Positions 18,273 through 27,336 of a stretch of 64,000 nucleotides of DNA are shown here, one piece after another. Source of the stretch: an uncultured Bacteroidales bacterium (GTDB lineage: Bacteria > Bacteroidota > Bacteroidia > Bacteroidales > JAGOPY01); the NCBI GenBank assembly GCA_964619555.1, contig CAZUDV010000011.1, forward strand, positions 38,971 to 102,970. Direction: 5' to 3'. Within the stretch, counting starts at the first letter, position 1. Every line of letters starts with the position of its first letter. The notes beneath the pieces are model-generated. The model was not told the origin of the DNA. It worked only from the letters and a program-made list of their open reading frames with translations, and ran no database searches. The translations under genes and the position numbers were made by a program.

Positions 18273-19521
18273 AAGAATAATATTCTCCTTTTTACTTATT
18301 TTAAGCCTGGCTTCTGAAGGGCAGGATTTCTGGGAGGAAATAATATTGCCTGACACTCTTAGCATGTCTTATTCTGATATATTGTTTGATGATGAAGGAA
18401 CTGTTTACTTGGGTACTTTGCAAGGTTTATTTAAGTCCTTTGATAACGGTCTATCCTGGAACTCCACTGGATTGAATAAAGTGGCATCCCTAATGACGAT
18501 GGCACCTGACAATGCCATATTTACCATAACAATGTGTGAAGAAAAACCCTGTCTTTGTAAATCAAACGATTATGGAGAGACATGGTATCAAATTCATATA
18601 TGGGAAGATATACCACATTTTTCGTGTGCATATATGACTTTGGGTTATAATCTGATTTTTGGGGCTATGGGAGGTCTTTTCATTTCAAGCGATAGTGGTT
18701 ATACCTGGACCCAAGCTTTAACAAACTATGATACGTTTCAGGATGTAGCAGAAGAAGGTGATACCCTGTTAGCGGGGTCCATAAATTTTCTTGATCCGAA
18801 TGCCGGAGGAATATATCATTCGTTAGATAGTGGAAATTCATGGCAGCAAATAAGCCTGCCGGGCTATGGGGTTTCCTCCTTTGCCCTGGATAGTGACAGC
18901 AACATGCTCTGTGGCGTGAATTTTCAGTATAATTATTTGGATTTTGGAGTATTACGATCACTTGACAACGGGTACACCTGGCAAAATATCCTCTCCGATC
19001 ACATTGTCACTTCCCTGGCCGTGGATGCCAATGGCGGAATTTATGCAGGATGCGATAGCGATTTCGGTCCGGAGGGTGTCCAGTATTCTTCAGATAACGG
19101 CTTTTCATGGGAATCCATCAATTCGGGATTGCATGACAATGCTTCGATTACTTCGCTGGCTATATCCCCAAACGGTTACATTTATGCAACCACTATTTTT
19201 CCATCCAAGCTGTACAGAAGTGTCAATCCTAATGTGAATCTAATAGAACCTGTACCAAAGGATAAGAATTTTCATGTTTTTCCAAACCCTTGTAATGATT
19301 TAATACACATTAACTTAAAAGTTCATTCAGGTACAGTCTCAAATGCTGATATACTGCTAAGGATCTTTAACCCTCTTGGTGTTGTTTTATTAGATAAAAA
19401 GATAAAAAATAACAGTGACGGAATTATTTCTCTTGATATATCTTCATTAAATCAAGGGATTTATTTTATGGTCATTTCTCAAAATTTTTACATATATTCA
19501 GTATCTTTCATAAAAATGTGA
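18262..19521 (+). CDS. Secreted BNR/Asp-box repeat protein with T9SS C-terminal sorting domain
   Basis: 419 aa with a signal peptide. Repeated S-x-D-x-G-x-x-W motifs (SFDNGLSW, SNDYGETW, SSDSGYTW, SLDSGNSW, SLDNGYTW, SSDNGFSW). The C-terminus is FHVFPNPCNDLIHINL...GIYFMVISQ. Confidence 0.75.
   Translation: MIIERIIFSFLLILSLASEGQDFWEEIILPDTLSMSYSDILFDDEGTVYLGTLQGLFKSFDNGLSWNSTGLNKVASLMTMAPDNAIFTITMCEEKPCLCKSNDYGETWYQIHIWEDIPHFSCAYMTLGYNLIFGAMGGLFISSDSGYTWTQALTNYDTFQDVAEEGDTLLAGSINFLDPNAGGIYHSLDSGNSWQQISLPGYGVSSFALDSDSNMLCGVNFQYNYLDFGVLRSLDNGYTWQNILSDHIVTSLAVDANGGIYAGCDSDFGPEGVQYSSDNGFSWESINSGLHDNASITSLAISPNGYIYATTIFPSKLYRSVNPNVNLIEPVPKDKNFHVFPNPCNDLIHINLKVHSGTVSNADILLRIFNPLGVVLLDKKIKNNSDGIISLDISSLNQGIYFMVISQNFYIYSVSFIKM
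18997..19236 (+). repeat. Diverged direct DNA repeat copy B
   Basis: See 17781..18020. Confidence 0.8.
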
Positions 19522-19546
19522 TTATTAACCAATAAATTATGAAAAT

Positions 19547-22500
19547 ATGAAAAAGATCGGCATTTTTCTAGTGATACTATTTTGTATCAGTAGCACAAAT
19601 GCCCAGATTAATATAAACCCGGATCCCTATGGCGATCCCTGGTTGGTGGGAGGAGTACCGGAGATCACCCCTGAAATTCAGTCGGATATCGACGCGATTT
19701 CAGAATTCAGGCTTGATCCATCATGCCTGATGAACACGTTGTCTTCATCAGTGGATAACTCACAAAGGCAGTTTATGAGAGATATTTTTCGGCAAAATGG
19801 TAACTCCTGCGCACAGGCTTCCACCGTGGGTTATATGTTCACTTATGAAATAGATTATCTGAGGAACATCGCCGCCGATCGTGACTCTTCAAGATATCAT
19901 CCTGCATTTACATATAATTTTCTGAATTACGGGAGCCCGGATTCCGGTTCCCGTATTGATCATGGATTGAGAATCTTGGAAGAAATGGGTTGTCCCAGCA
20001 TTCGAACTTATGGGAAGTCCATACAGCAAGCGGATTCTAACGAATGGATTTCAGGCTATGATAAATATGACAGTGCCTTGAGAAACCGGATCACTGGCTA
20101 TGAAGCGATTGATATGGTATCTGATTCCGGCTTGTTTTTTCTGAAACACTGGCTGGCCGACCACAATTCTGATGACACGGTGGGAGGGCTGGCTGTATTT
20201 GCGGTCAAGAATATGCAAGGATGTATCTATGAGATCATCGAAGAGGGGCCGGAAACTGATAAAAGTATTATCACTTCCTGCACAACAACGGTTATAACAG
20301 ACGCTCATGCACTGACCTTTGTCGGGTACAACGACAGCATCCGTTTCGATGTGGACAACAGCGGCACCTATGAAGAAAATGAACTCGGGGCTTTTAAAGT
20401 TGCCAATAGCTGGGGATTCCAATGGCCTTACAACCCTCCAAATTTCCCTGACAGTGGTTATTGTTATATTCTCTATTCCTTATTTTCAGACGATTCTGTC
20501 TTTTTGAACGGGGTAGATGCCTATATCTGTAATGCAATTGCGGACTATTATCCGGAAATTAATATTAAAGCAAAAATGACTCATCCCAACCGGCGTTGGT
20601 TCTTTAACCAGCTTGGCAGCGATACGCTTGCCGGAAAAAGCGCTCCTTCGGCACTGAATGCATTATGGCCGGTCAATGGCGGCAGGTCCGGTGAATTTCC
20701 ACTGACGGGCTTAACCGCACCGGATGATACGCTGGAAATTGCCATTGATTTCTCATATTTTCTTAACCATGACCCATCAAGAAATCTGGGAAAAATATTT
20801 TTTAGGCCCTGGACCACAACACCTTACAAGGATGATGGCATATTGTGGTATGGTTCCATGTTTGATAACCGATGGGGAGAAGTTTTTGAATTGCCGTTGA
20901 GCAATATACCGGATACTATGGAAGCGTCGCCACAATGGAAGTTTTCAGTAGATTATGATCTTTTGCCTTTCGCTATTGAAAGAGATACGCTTTTGGTAAC
21001 AGACCAGATCTACAGATTGTCCGACACGATCAGGGATGGTGCAACCCTGACAATTGGCAGCGGACACTCTGATACCGAACTTCATTTGCACGATGCCGAA
21101 TTGCTCATTGAAGAGGGCTCTTCTTTGTATCTTTCTTCCTGGTCCTGGCTCATTGCAAAAAGCGGGACAAATAAGATCATTGTAAAAGGGAATCTTATCA
21201 TTGATCCGGATGCAACCATTAAATCCGAAGGGAATGCTACTTTGGAAATATATTTTGAGAATGATACCTTAAACAGCCACTTTACGGATTGCACGTTTGA
21301 AAATGTAACAATGACCGGCTTTAGCCATGCTTTAACAATCAGTGATAGTCATCTGTCAGGATTCCAGTTGGATTATAGTTCAGGGGATCTGGTATTTTCT
21401 GGAAACACATGTTTTAATTCTACTCTAAAGGCTTATCATCCGCTCAATTCATCTTCGTTTTGCTCAATAACAGATAACAAAATTGACAATAACAACAATA
21501 CCCCGGGCTGGTCTGTGATCACCATTGAAGATTATCCCTCCTTTGTGATTCAAAACGATACGATTCAATATAATTTTGACAGGGGGGTGGAATTGTTTTA
21601 TGCAGGAAGGGAAGCCAGAGGCGTCCATTCTATTGAAAACAATATTATTCAATTTACCGGATTTCCATTGGATTCAGTGGCAGAACTGGGAATCCATGCC
21701 TATTACAGCGATGTGAATATCTATAATAACAAGATACAATACAACGATTATGGCATCACCGGTTTCCATAGAAGTGAAATGACGGTTTTGGGTGATCCTG
21801 GAGCCAATGGAATCGATGACACTCAACTTATTGGTGATAATAATAAATGCCAATGCCTTTTCAATATATCAACCTTCCCGACTGAATTTCACTGGAATGT
21901 CGTCAGGGATGTTTCATCCCAGGACAGGCCATTTATCAAGGTCGTCGAATTCGACGAGATGATCGAAGATACCACAGCAATTGAAGATTGGATAGGAGAT
22001 CCGGTATTCGATGTGGAAAGTAACTGCTGGGTAAACGATACAAATCCAGAAAACAGGCTTGTTCCGGTCGGCGCTTATGATTGGGATCCCATATGGTGCC
22101 CCGGCGCAGGTCATCTTCTGCATCAAAATGAGCCTGAATTGATGTACTACCAAGCGATATCTGACATCGAAGACGAAAATTATACTCAGGCAGAGGCAGG
22201 ATTCCAACAAATAATAGCTGAATTTCCTCAAAACAAATATGCTCAGGCGTCACTGAAGGGATTATTCGCTCTGAATCCTGCAATCCATGATGACGATTAT
22301 ACAAGTTTGAAAACTTATTGCGATAGTTTGAAACTAAATCCGGGTGATAGTTTACTCGGTACAACGGCCGGCTGGCTTTCCATTCATTGTGATATCAAAA
22401 ACCAGCATTTCCAGCAAGCAATCAATTCTTTGGATTCTGTCATCAGCGATCCGGGAACACTTGCTGATTCCATATTTGCCCTGATCGACCTGAATTATGT

Positions 22501-22951
22501 TTACCTAAAGGCGCTTGACAGCAATTACCTGAAATCGTCCTGCATCACAAAAAATGAAGATATCCTTGGAAAAACAGCCGGGACTTATTATGCAAAGCGA
22601 AGAGACTGGATTGAATTGCTAATGAAAGATACCAAATCAAATCAGGATATTGACGGGAATTCCAATGGTGAAGTTAAGGATTTGAAATCAGTTCAATTCA
22701 CGTCAGTTCATCCAAATCCCACTTCCGATCAATTGATTATCAGTTATAAAGTCTCAAAATCAGCACGGATCAATCTTTCTCTTTATTCCCTCGTTGGCCA
22801 GCAAATTATTAACCTTGATTTAGGGACTCCATCCACAGGCGAATATTCCCAATCGATATCATTAGCCGCCTTTCACCGGGGGATCTATGTGCTGACATTT
22901 TCAGTTAACGGGGTGGTTGCCGACCGGGCAAAAGTGGTGAAAGAGAAGTAA
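19547..22951 (+). CDS. Large secreted mosaic protein: papain-like (C1-like) peptidase domain, parallel beta-helix-like repeats, TPR-like region and T9SS C-terminal sorting domain
   Basis: 1134 aa with a signal peptide. Candidate catalytic Cys context QNGNSCAQAS, His context DAHALTFVGY and papain-like ANSWG. The C-terminal VHPNPTSDQLIISYKV...GIYVLTFSVNG is a type-A CTD pattern. Confidence 0.7.
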   Translation: MKKIGIFLVILFCISSTNAQININPDPYGDPWLVGGVPEITPEIQSDIDAISEFRLDPSCLMNTLSSSVDNSQRQFMRDIFRQNGNSCAQASTVGYMFTYEIDYLRNIAADRDSSRYHPAFTYNFLNYGSPDSGSRIDHGLRILEEMGCPSIRTYGKSIQQADSNEWISGYDKYDSALRNRITGYEAIDMVSDSGLFFLKHWLADHNSDDTVGGLAVFAVKNMQGCIYEIIEEGPETDKSIITSCTTTVITDAHALTFVGYNDSIRFDVDNSGTYEENELGAFKVANSWGFQWPYNPPNFPDSGYCYILYSLFSDDSVFLNGVDAYICNAIADYYPEINIKAKMTHPNRRWFFNQLGSDTLAGKSAPSALNALWPVNGGRSGEFPLTGLTAPDDTLEIAIDFSYFLNHDPSRNLGKIFFRPWTTTPYKDDGILWYGSMFDNRWGEVFELPLSNIPDTMEASPQWKFSVDYDLLPFAIERDTLLVTDQIYRLSDTIRDGATLTIGSGHSDTELHLHDAELLIEEGSSLYLSSWSWLIAKSGTNKIIVKGNLIIDPDATIKSEGNATLEIYFENDTLNSHFTDCTFENVTMTGFSHALTISDSHLSGFQLDYSSGDLVFSGNTCFNSTLKAYHPLNSSSFCSITDNKIDNNNNTPGWSVITIEDYPSFVIQNDTIQYNFDRGVELFYAGREARGVHSIENNIIQFTGFPLDSVAELGIHAYYSDVNIYNNKIQYNDYGITGFHRSEMTVLGDPGANGIDDTQLIGDNNKCQCLFNISTFPTEFHWNVVRDVSSQDRPFIKVVEFDEMIEDTTAIEDWIGDPVFDVESNCWVNDTNPENRLVPVGAYDWDPIWCPGAGHLLHQNEPELMYYQAISDIEDENYTQAEAGFQQIIAEFPQNKYAQASLKGLFALNPAIHDDDYTSLKTYCDSLKLNPGDSLLGTTAGWLSIHCDIKNQHFQQAINSLDSVISDPGTLADSIFALIDLNYVYLKALDSNYLKSSCITKNEDILGKTAGTYYAKRRDWIELLMKDTKSNQDIDGNSNGEVKDLKSVQFTSVHPNPTSDQLIISYKVSKSARINLSLYSLVGQQIINLDLGTPSTGEYSQSISLAAFHRGIYVLTFSVNGVVADRAKVVKEK

Positions 22952-23057
22952 TATAATTACCGGGATTCAGCCACAAAAGCACAAAAACAAAAAAAAGCAC
23001 GAAAAACTTTGGTGTCCTTTTATGCTTTGGTGTTTTAGAGGCGATTGAAAATCTTTT

Positions 23058-24497
23058 TCACTGCATCTTGATCTTCTTGTCGAGCTCCTCAACGTAGATC
23101 CGGAACTGTTTGTCGGTGTCGATCAGGTTGTTGACCGTCCGGCAGGCGTGGAGCACAGTGGCGTGGTCCTTGTTGCCGCAATGCAGCCCGATGGTGGCCA
23201 GGGAGGCCTTGGTGTGCTTCTTGGCGAAGTACATGGCCAGCTGGCGGGCCTGGACGATCTCGCGCTTGCGGGTCTTGGAGTTGATGGAATCCACCGGCAG
23301 GTTGAAATAATCACAGACGATCTTCTGGATGAAATCGATGGAGATTTCCCTGGAAGTATTCTTCACGAACTTGTCGATCATCTGTTTGGCAAGGTCCAGG
23401 GTGATGGGCTTCTTGTTCAGTGATGACTGGGCCATGATGGAGATCAGGGCGCCTTCCAGTTCACGAATGTTCGTATTGATGCTGTAGGCAAGATATTCGA
23501 TCACTTCGGCCGGCATTTCAATGCCATCCCGGTACAGCTTTTTCTGCAGGATCGCAATGCGGGTTTCCAGGTCAGGAGGTTGAAGGTCGGCAGCCAGCCC
23601 CCATTTGAACCGGGAGAGCAGCCTGGGTTCGATACCCTTCATTTCCACCGGCGCCTTGTCGGAAGTCAAAACAAGCTGATGGCTGTTCTGGTGCAGGTGG
23701 TTGAAAATATGGAAGAAAATATCCTGGGTTTTTTCCTTGCCTGACAAAAACTGGATATCATCCATGATGAGCACGTCGATCATCTGGTAGAAGTGGATGA
23801 AATCGTTCTGGTTGTTGTTCCTGACCGATTCGATGTATTGCCCGACGAATTGTTCGGTCGAGACATAGAGCACGGTGCGGTCGGGGAAATTATTCTTAAC
23901 CTGGATGCCGATGGCATGGGCCAGGTGGGTTTTGCCCAGGCCCACGTTGGAGTACAGATAGAGCGGATTGAATGCGGTTTTACCGGGATTTTCCGCAACC
24001 GCAAAGCCGGCCGATCTGGCCAGGCGGTTGCAATCTCCTTCGACAAAATTTTCAAAGCTGTAATTTTCAACCAGTTGCGAGTTAACTTTGATCTTTTTCA
24101 GCCCGGGGATGACGAACGGATTGGGGATTTCCTTTGAAGTACCGCGGTTAAGATCAATCGGCATGGAAACGGGCGGATTGGCAAGAGCTTTCTTATTGGA
24201 TGCCGGGATCTTGATCGAAACCGGTTCCGGATTATCATAAGCGGTTTCCATCAGGATACTGTATTCCAGACGCCCGTCGGTGCCTAATTCCTTTTTGATG
24301 GTTTTTTTCAGCAGCCCGATATAATGTTCTTCCAGCCACTCGTAAAAGAACTGGCTCGGAACCTGGATGGTCAGGACGTTGTTTTCAAGTTTAAGCGGCC
24401 TGATGGGGATGAACCATGTTTTGTAACTCTGGTAATGGATATTATCCTTAATGATCTTCAGGCAATTTTCCCATACCTCCGTACAACTTCTTTTCAT
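23058..24497 (-). CDS. dnaA: Chromosomal replication initiator protein DnaA
   Basis: 479 aa. AAA+ Walker A GLGKTHL and a C-terminal DNA-binding region (REIVQARQLAMYFAKKHT, GNKDHATVLHA). Confidence 0.95.
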   Translation of the reverse strand: MKRSCTEVWENCLKIIKDNIHYQSYKTWFIPIRPLKLENNVLTIQVPSQFFYEWLEEHYIGLLKKTIKKELGTDGRLEYSILMETAYDNPEPVSIKIPASNKKALANPPVSMPIDLNRGTSKEIPNPFVIPGLKKIKVNSQLVENYSFENFVEGDCNRLARSAGFAVAENPGKTAFNPLYLYSNVGLGKTHLAHAIGIQVKNNFPDRTVLYVSTEQFVGQYIESVRNNNQNDFIHFYQMIDVLIMDDIQFLSGKEKTQDIFFHIFNHLHQNSHQLVLTSDKAPVEMKGIEPRLLSRFKWGLAADLQPPDLETRIAILQKKLYRDGIEMPAEVIEYLAYSINTNIRELEGALISIMAQSSLNKKPITLDLAKQMIDKFVKNTSREISIDFIQKIVCDYFNLPVDSINSKTRKREIVQARQLAMYFAKKHTKASLATIGLHCGNKDHATVLHACRTVNNLIDTDKQFRIYVEELDKKIKMQ

Positions 24498-24809
24498 GCT
24501 GAATCCCTCGTTCCGGTTTAAAAATAATTCTAGTCTACTTAAAAAGTTACTTATCCTTGATTATCAGGGGGCTTTAACCTGGCTTACCCCCGATCTGGTT
24601 ATTCAACAAAAATCATCTAAAAAAAGTTAAAAAAAAAAGAAATTATTCTCTTGACAAATTAATTTTTTTCGCTTATATAGGTGAAATTTCAGAGATTTGA
24701 TGATTAAAGTTAAATAGCTGTATGTCAGGTGATTGATTTTGCAGGAATCGAGAGTGAAAAAGTACAAAATATAAAATCAAATATCAAGTAAAAAACACTT
24801 AAATTTTAT

Positions 24810-25415
24810 CTAAATAACGGCCCAGGTCACCTCATCCAGATTTGATAACTTTTTCACAAACATTTCCCATCTTCCCATCCGGATTTCCAGTTTAATACTG
24901 CATTCCAGAGCGAATTCCTGGCTGGTGATCATTCCTCCTTCTTCTTTGATCAGGTGCATGATATCATTCATCCTGAGATAGTTAAAGTGTAATTCGATTC
25001 GTTTCATCCAGGTTTTGGTAAGGATGCTCCCGTTAGCTATGGCTTCCCGGGATGCCGCTTTATAAGCCTGAAGCAATCCCCCGGTTCCCAGTTTGACGCC
25101 TCCGAAATACCGGACGACCACAATGAGCACATTGGTCAGGACAAATGACTGGATCTGGCCGTAAATCGGTTTGCCGGCAGTTCCCGAGGGCTCCCCGTCG
25201 TCGTTGAATCTCGACTCATACGGTTCGGCTCCCAACCGGTAGGCATAGCAGTGATGCCTGGCATCATGGTAAGCTTTTTTGATACGGTCCAGGTTTGTTT
25301 TCACCTCTTCGGCCGTTTCAACCGGCAGGGCAATTCCGATAAAGCGGCTCCCCTTTTCCTTGTATAGCCCTTCCGATTCTCCCGCCAGTGTCAGATATTC
25401 ATCCCCGAGTTTCAT
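24810..25415 (-). CDS. yigZ: YigZ / IMPACT family protein
   Basis: 201 aa. EKGSRFIGIALPV, HHCYAYRLG, DDGEPSGTAGKPI and VVRYFGGVKLGTGGL are hallmark blocks of the family. Confidence 0.85.
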   Translation of the reverse strand: MKLGDEYLTLAGESEGLYKEKGSRFIGIALPVETAEEVKTNLDRIKKAYHDARHHCYAYRLGAEPYESRFNDDGEPSGTAGKPIYGQIQSFVLTNVLIVVVRYFGGVKLGTGGLLQAYKAASREAIANGSILTKTWMKRIELHFNYLRMNDIMHLIKEEGGMITSQEFALECSIKLEIRMGRWEMFVKKLSNLDEVTWAVI

Positions 25416-25438
25416 AGTTTAGTAACGGACCGTGCTTT

Positions 25439-26695
25439 TCAACGGTATTTATGGTAAAACTCCGCATGTCGGTCTGCCATGACCTCCCAGCTGTAATTTT
25501 CCCGGACCAGGTGGCATGCTGCCTTTCCCAGTTCATCTCGTAACTCATTGTCGTCCAGAAGCCTGATCATGGCATTGGCAAATTCTTCTTCATTTTTCGG
25601 ATCGATCAGCAATCCGTCTTTTTCATTCGTGAGAACAGTCCGGATACCGCCGTACCGGGAGGCAATCACCGGTACCCCGCAAGCCATGGACTCCTGGCAG
25701 GTCATACCGAATGGCTCAAAAATGGATGGCATGACAAAGAAACGGGCATTCTGATAAAAGGGGATCATTAATTTCTCCGATACGTGACCTACGAATATGA
25801 TCTTGTCGGTGATACCTTTTTCCTGCATAATGCGGTCCATCATGGACAGCACTTCTTTTTCCCTGGGCTCGGGATGCCTGGAACCACCGCCGGTTACCAG
25901 GTACACATCGTCATATTTCCGGCATACCCTGGCAAATGCATTTAATAAGAGGTCATAGCCCTTGTTGGTATCGATCCGGCTGAGGCAAAAGATGTATTTT
26001 TCAGGCAGATGGGTCTTTACCGGTTTTTCTCCGCTGCCAAGCGGTTTGAACTTATGGATATTGACCCCTGGCGGGATTATTTCGACATTATCCTTGTGAT
26101 ATCCATACAATTCCCGGAGCTTTTCCTGCTGCAAGACGGAGGTCACCGTGTGCCCGTTCAGGGTGTTAAAAATTCTTTTTTCCTCTTCAATGCGGTGAAT
26201 GAAGTTGAATTGCTTTTCCATTTCATCCGGGTCGCCGTCCATTCGTTCCCTCTTCCAGGCCCCCAGCGAATGAGCTGTAAAGAAGGCCGGTTTCCGGAAT
26301 TCACGGGCAAGATCGATGGTCACGATTCCGGCATCCACATAATGGCCATGGAACAGGTCATAATCCACTTCATTTTCCCTGATCCAGCCGGCGAGGTTCG
26401 TGTACAATTCCGGCAACAAGCGGTAGATATCCTCCTTGATCACGAACTGCCACGGCCCGGATGGTATACGGATCACCCTGACGTCCGGACAGCCCGGTAC
26501 AGGATCCATCTGTTTGCGCTTCCTGTCGAACCAACGGGTGAAGATATCCACTTTCACCCCTTTGCCGGCAAAAGCTTTGGCCAGTTCAAGCACATACAGG
26601 ACCTGGCCGCCGGTATCGGTTTGACCCAGCAACGGCACCGGATCGAAGTAACCGTGAGTGCTGAGCATAGCAATGTGACGAAGATCCCTGCTCAT
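25439..26695 (-). CDS. GT4 glycosyltransferase resembling the sucrose-phosphate-synthase glycosyltransferase domain
   Basis: 418 aa. The N-terminus IAMLSTHGYFDPVPLLGQTDTGGQVLYVLELAKAF matches the SPS/SuSy-type (L)S.HG...G..DTGGQ..YV.ELAR block. The C-terminal GT-B block is VMPSIFEPFGMTCQESMACG. Confidence 0.8.
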   Translation of the reverse strand: MSRDLRHIAMLSTHGYFDPVPLLGQTDTGGQVLYVLELAKAFAGKGVKVDIFTRWFDRKRKQMDPVPGCPDVRVIRIPSGPWQFVIKEDIYRLLPELYTNLAGWIRENEVDYDLFHGHYVDAGIVTIDLAREFRKPAFFTAHSLGAWKRERMDGDPDEMEKQFNFIHRIEEEKRIFNTLNGHTVTSVLQQEKLRELYGYHKDNVEIIPPGVNIHKFKPLGSGEKPVKTHLPEKYIFCLSRIDTNKGYDLLLNAFARVCRKYDDVYLVTGGGSRHPEPREKEVLSMMDRIMQEKGITDKIIFVGHVSEKLMIPFYQNARFFVMPSIFEPFGMTCQESMACGVPVIASRYGGIRTVLTNEKDGLLIDPKNEEEFANAMIRLLDDNELRDELGKAACHLVRENYSWEVMADRHAEFYHKYR

Positions 26696-27336
26696 TTTTG
26701 TCTGAATGCTGAATAATCTCTTGAGATGACAATGTCAGCCAGGCTTTTATGCTTATTGATGATCCCATGTTCAATTTCCAGGATTTTTTCCAGGTAATCA
26801 TCCTGTTTTTCCCGGTTTCTTTTTAGCCGGTCCTCCTGGGTATCATACAAATCCCTGTCAATGAAAACTTTACAATTCACATTTTCAGCCAGGGTCGTGT
26901 AGGTGCCTTCCACGATGATTACCTTATAAGGTATAAAATCCACCGCTTCGGTGGTGATCCTGTCTTCAGCAAAGATGACCAGCGGTTTGATGACCGGGTT
27001 GTTCCCCGCCAGGATCTCAGATATTGTCCGGTTTATCTCGTCAATCCTGACTTCCCGGGGGCCCACCCTGCGGATATCTTCCATTCTTCTTCTGGCATTG
27101 GTCAACGGCGGGTATTCGAAATAATCATCCTGTTGTATAACATAGGCGGAAATTTTGTTTTTCAGCAATATATCCTCCAGGGCAGAGGCAATCTCCGATT
27201 TACCTGCACCGGATTCCCCCGCTATCGTGATGAAATAGGGACCTTTGTGAATCCCGGGATCATTTTGGATCAGACCGTACAGCTGCCGGGCAGCCTGGCG
27301 GTGATTTTCATTGATTATTAAAATATCTCCCTTCAT
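26692..27336 (-). CDS. P-loop kinase of the uridine kinase / phosphoribulokinase family
   Basis: Walker A IAGESGAGKS, then VIQQDDYF, IIVEGTYT and FIDRDLYDTQEDRLKRN, arranged as in Udk. I prefer the ATG at 27336 over the listed TTG at 27378. ATGA overlap with the GT4 gene. Confidence 0.7.
   Translation of the reverse strand: MKGDILIINENHRQAARQLYGLIQNDPGIHKGPYFITIAGESGAGKSEIASALEDILLKNKISAYVIQQDDYFEYPPLTNARRRMEDIRRVGPREVRIDEINRTISEILAGNNPVIKPLVIFAEDRITTEAVDFIPYKVIIVEGTYTTLAENVNCKVFIDRDLYDTQEDRLKRNREKQDDYLEKILEIEHGIINKHKSLADIVISRDYSAFRQK

Noticed and set aside
24551-24559. DnaA-box-like TTATCCTTG
   Set aside because: It is a single 7/9 match with no cluster of boxes, which is insufficient to call oriC.
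24651-24679. Near-consensus sigma-70 promoter TTGACA, 17 nt, TATATA on the plus strand in the dnaA upstream spacer
   Set aside because: Bacteroidota sigma-A uses TTTG/TAnnTTTG rather than the E. coli consensus. No plus-strand gene follows, since the next gene is on the minus strand, and the region is AT-rich enough for a chance match. A small RNA cannot be excluded but I have no support for one.
26009-26716. 235-aa plus-strand ORF antisense to the SPS-like GT4 gene
   Set aside because: It lies entirely inside a gene with strong family motifs on the other strand. Its product is low-complexity with no recognisable motif. This is a typical shadow ORF.
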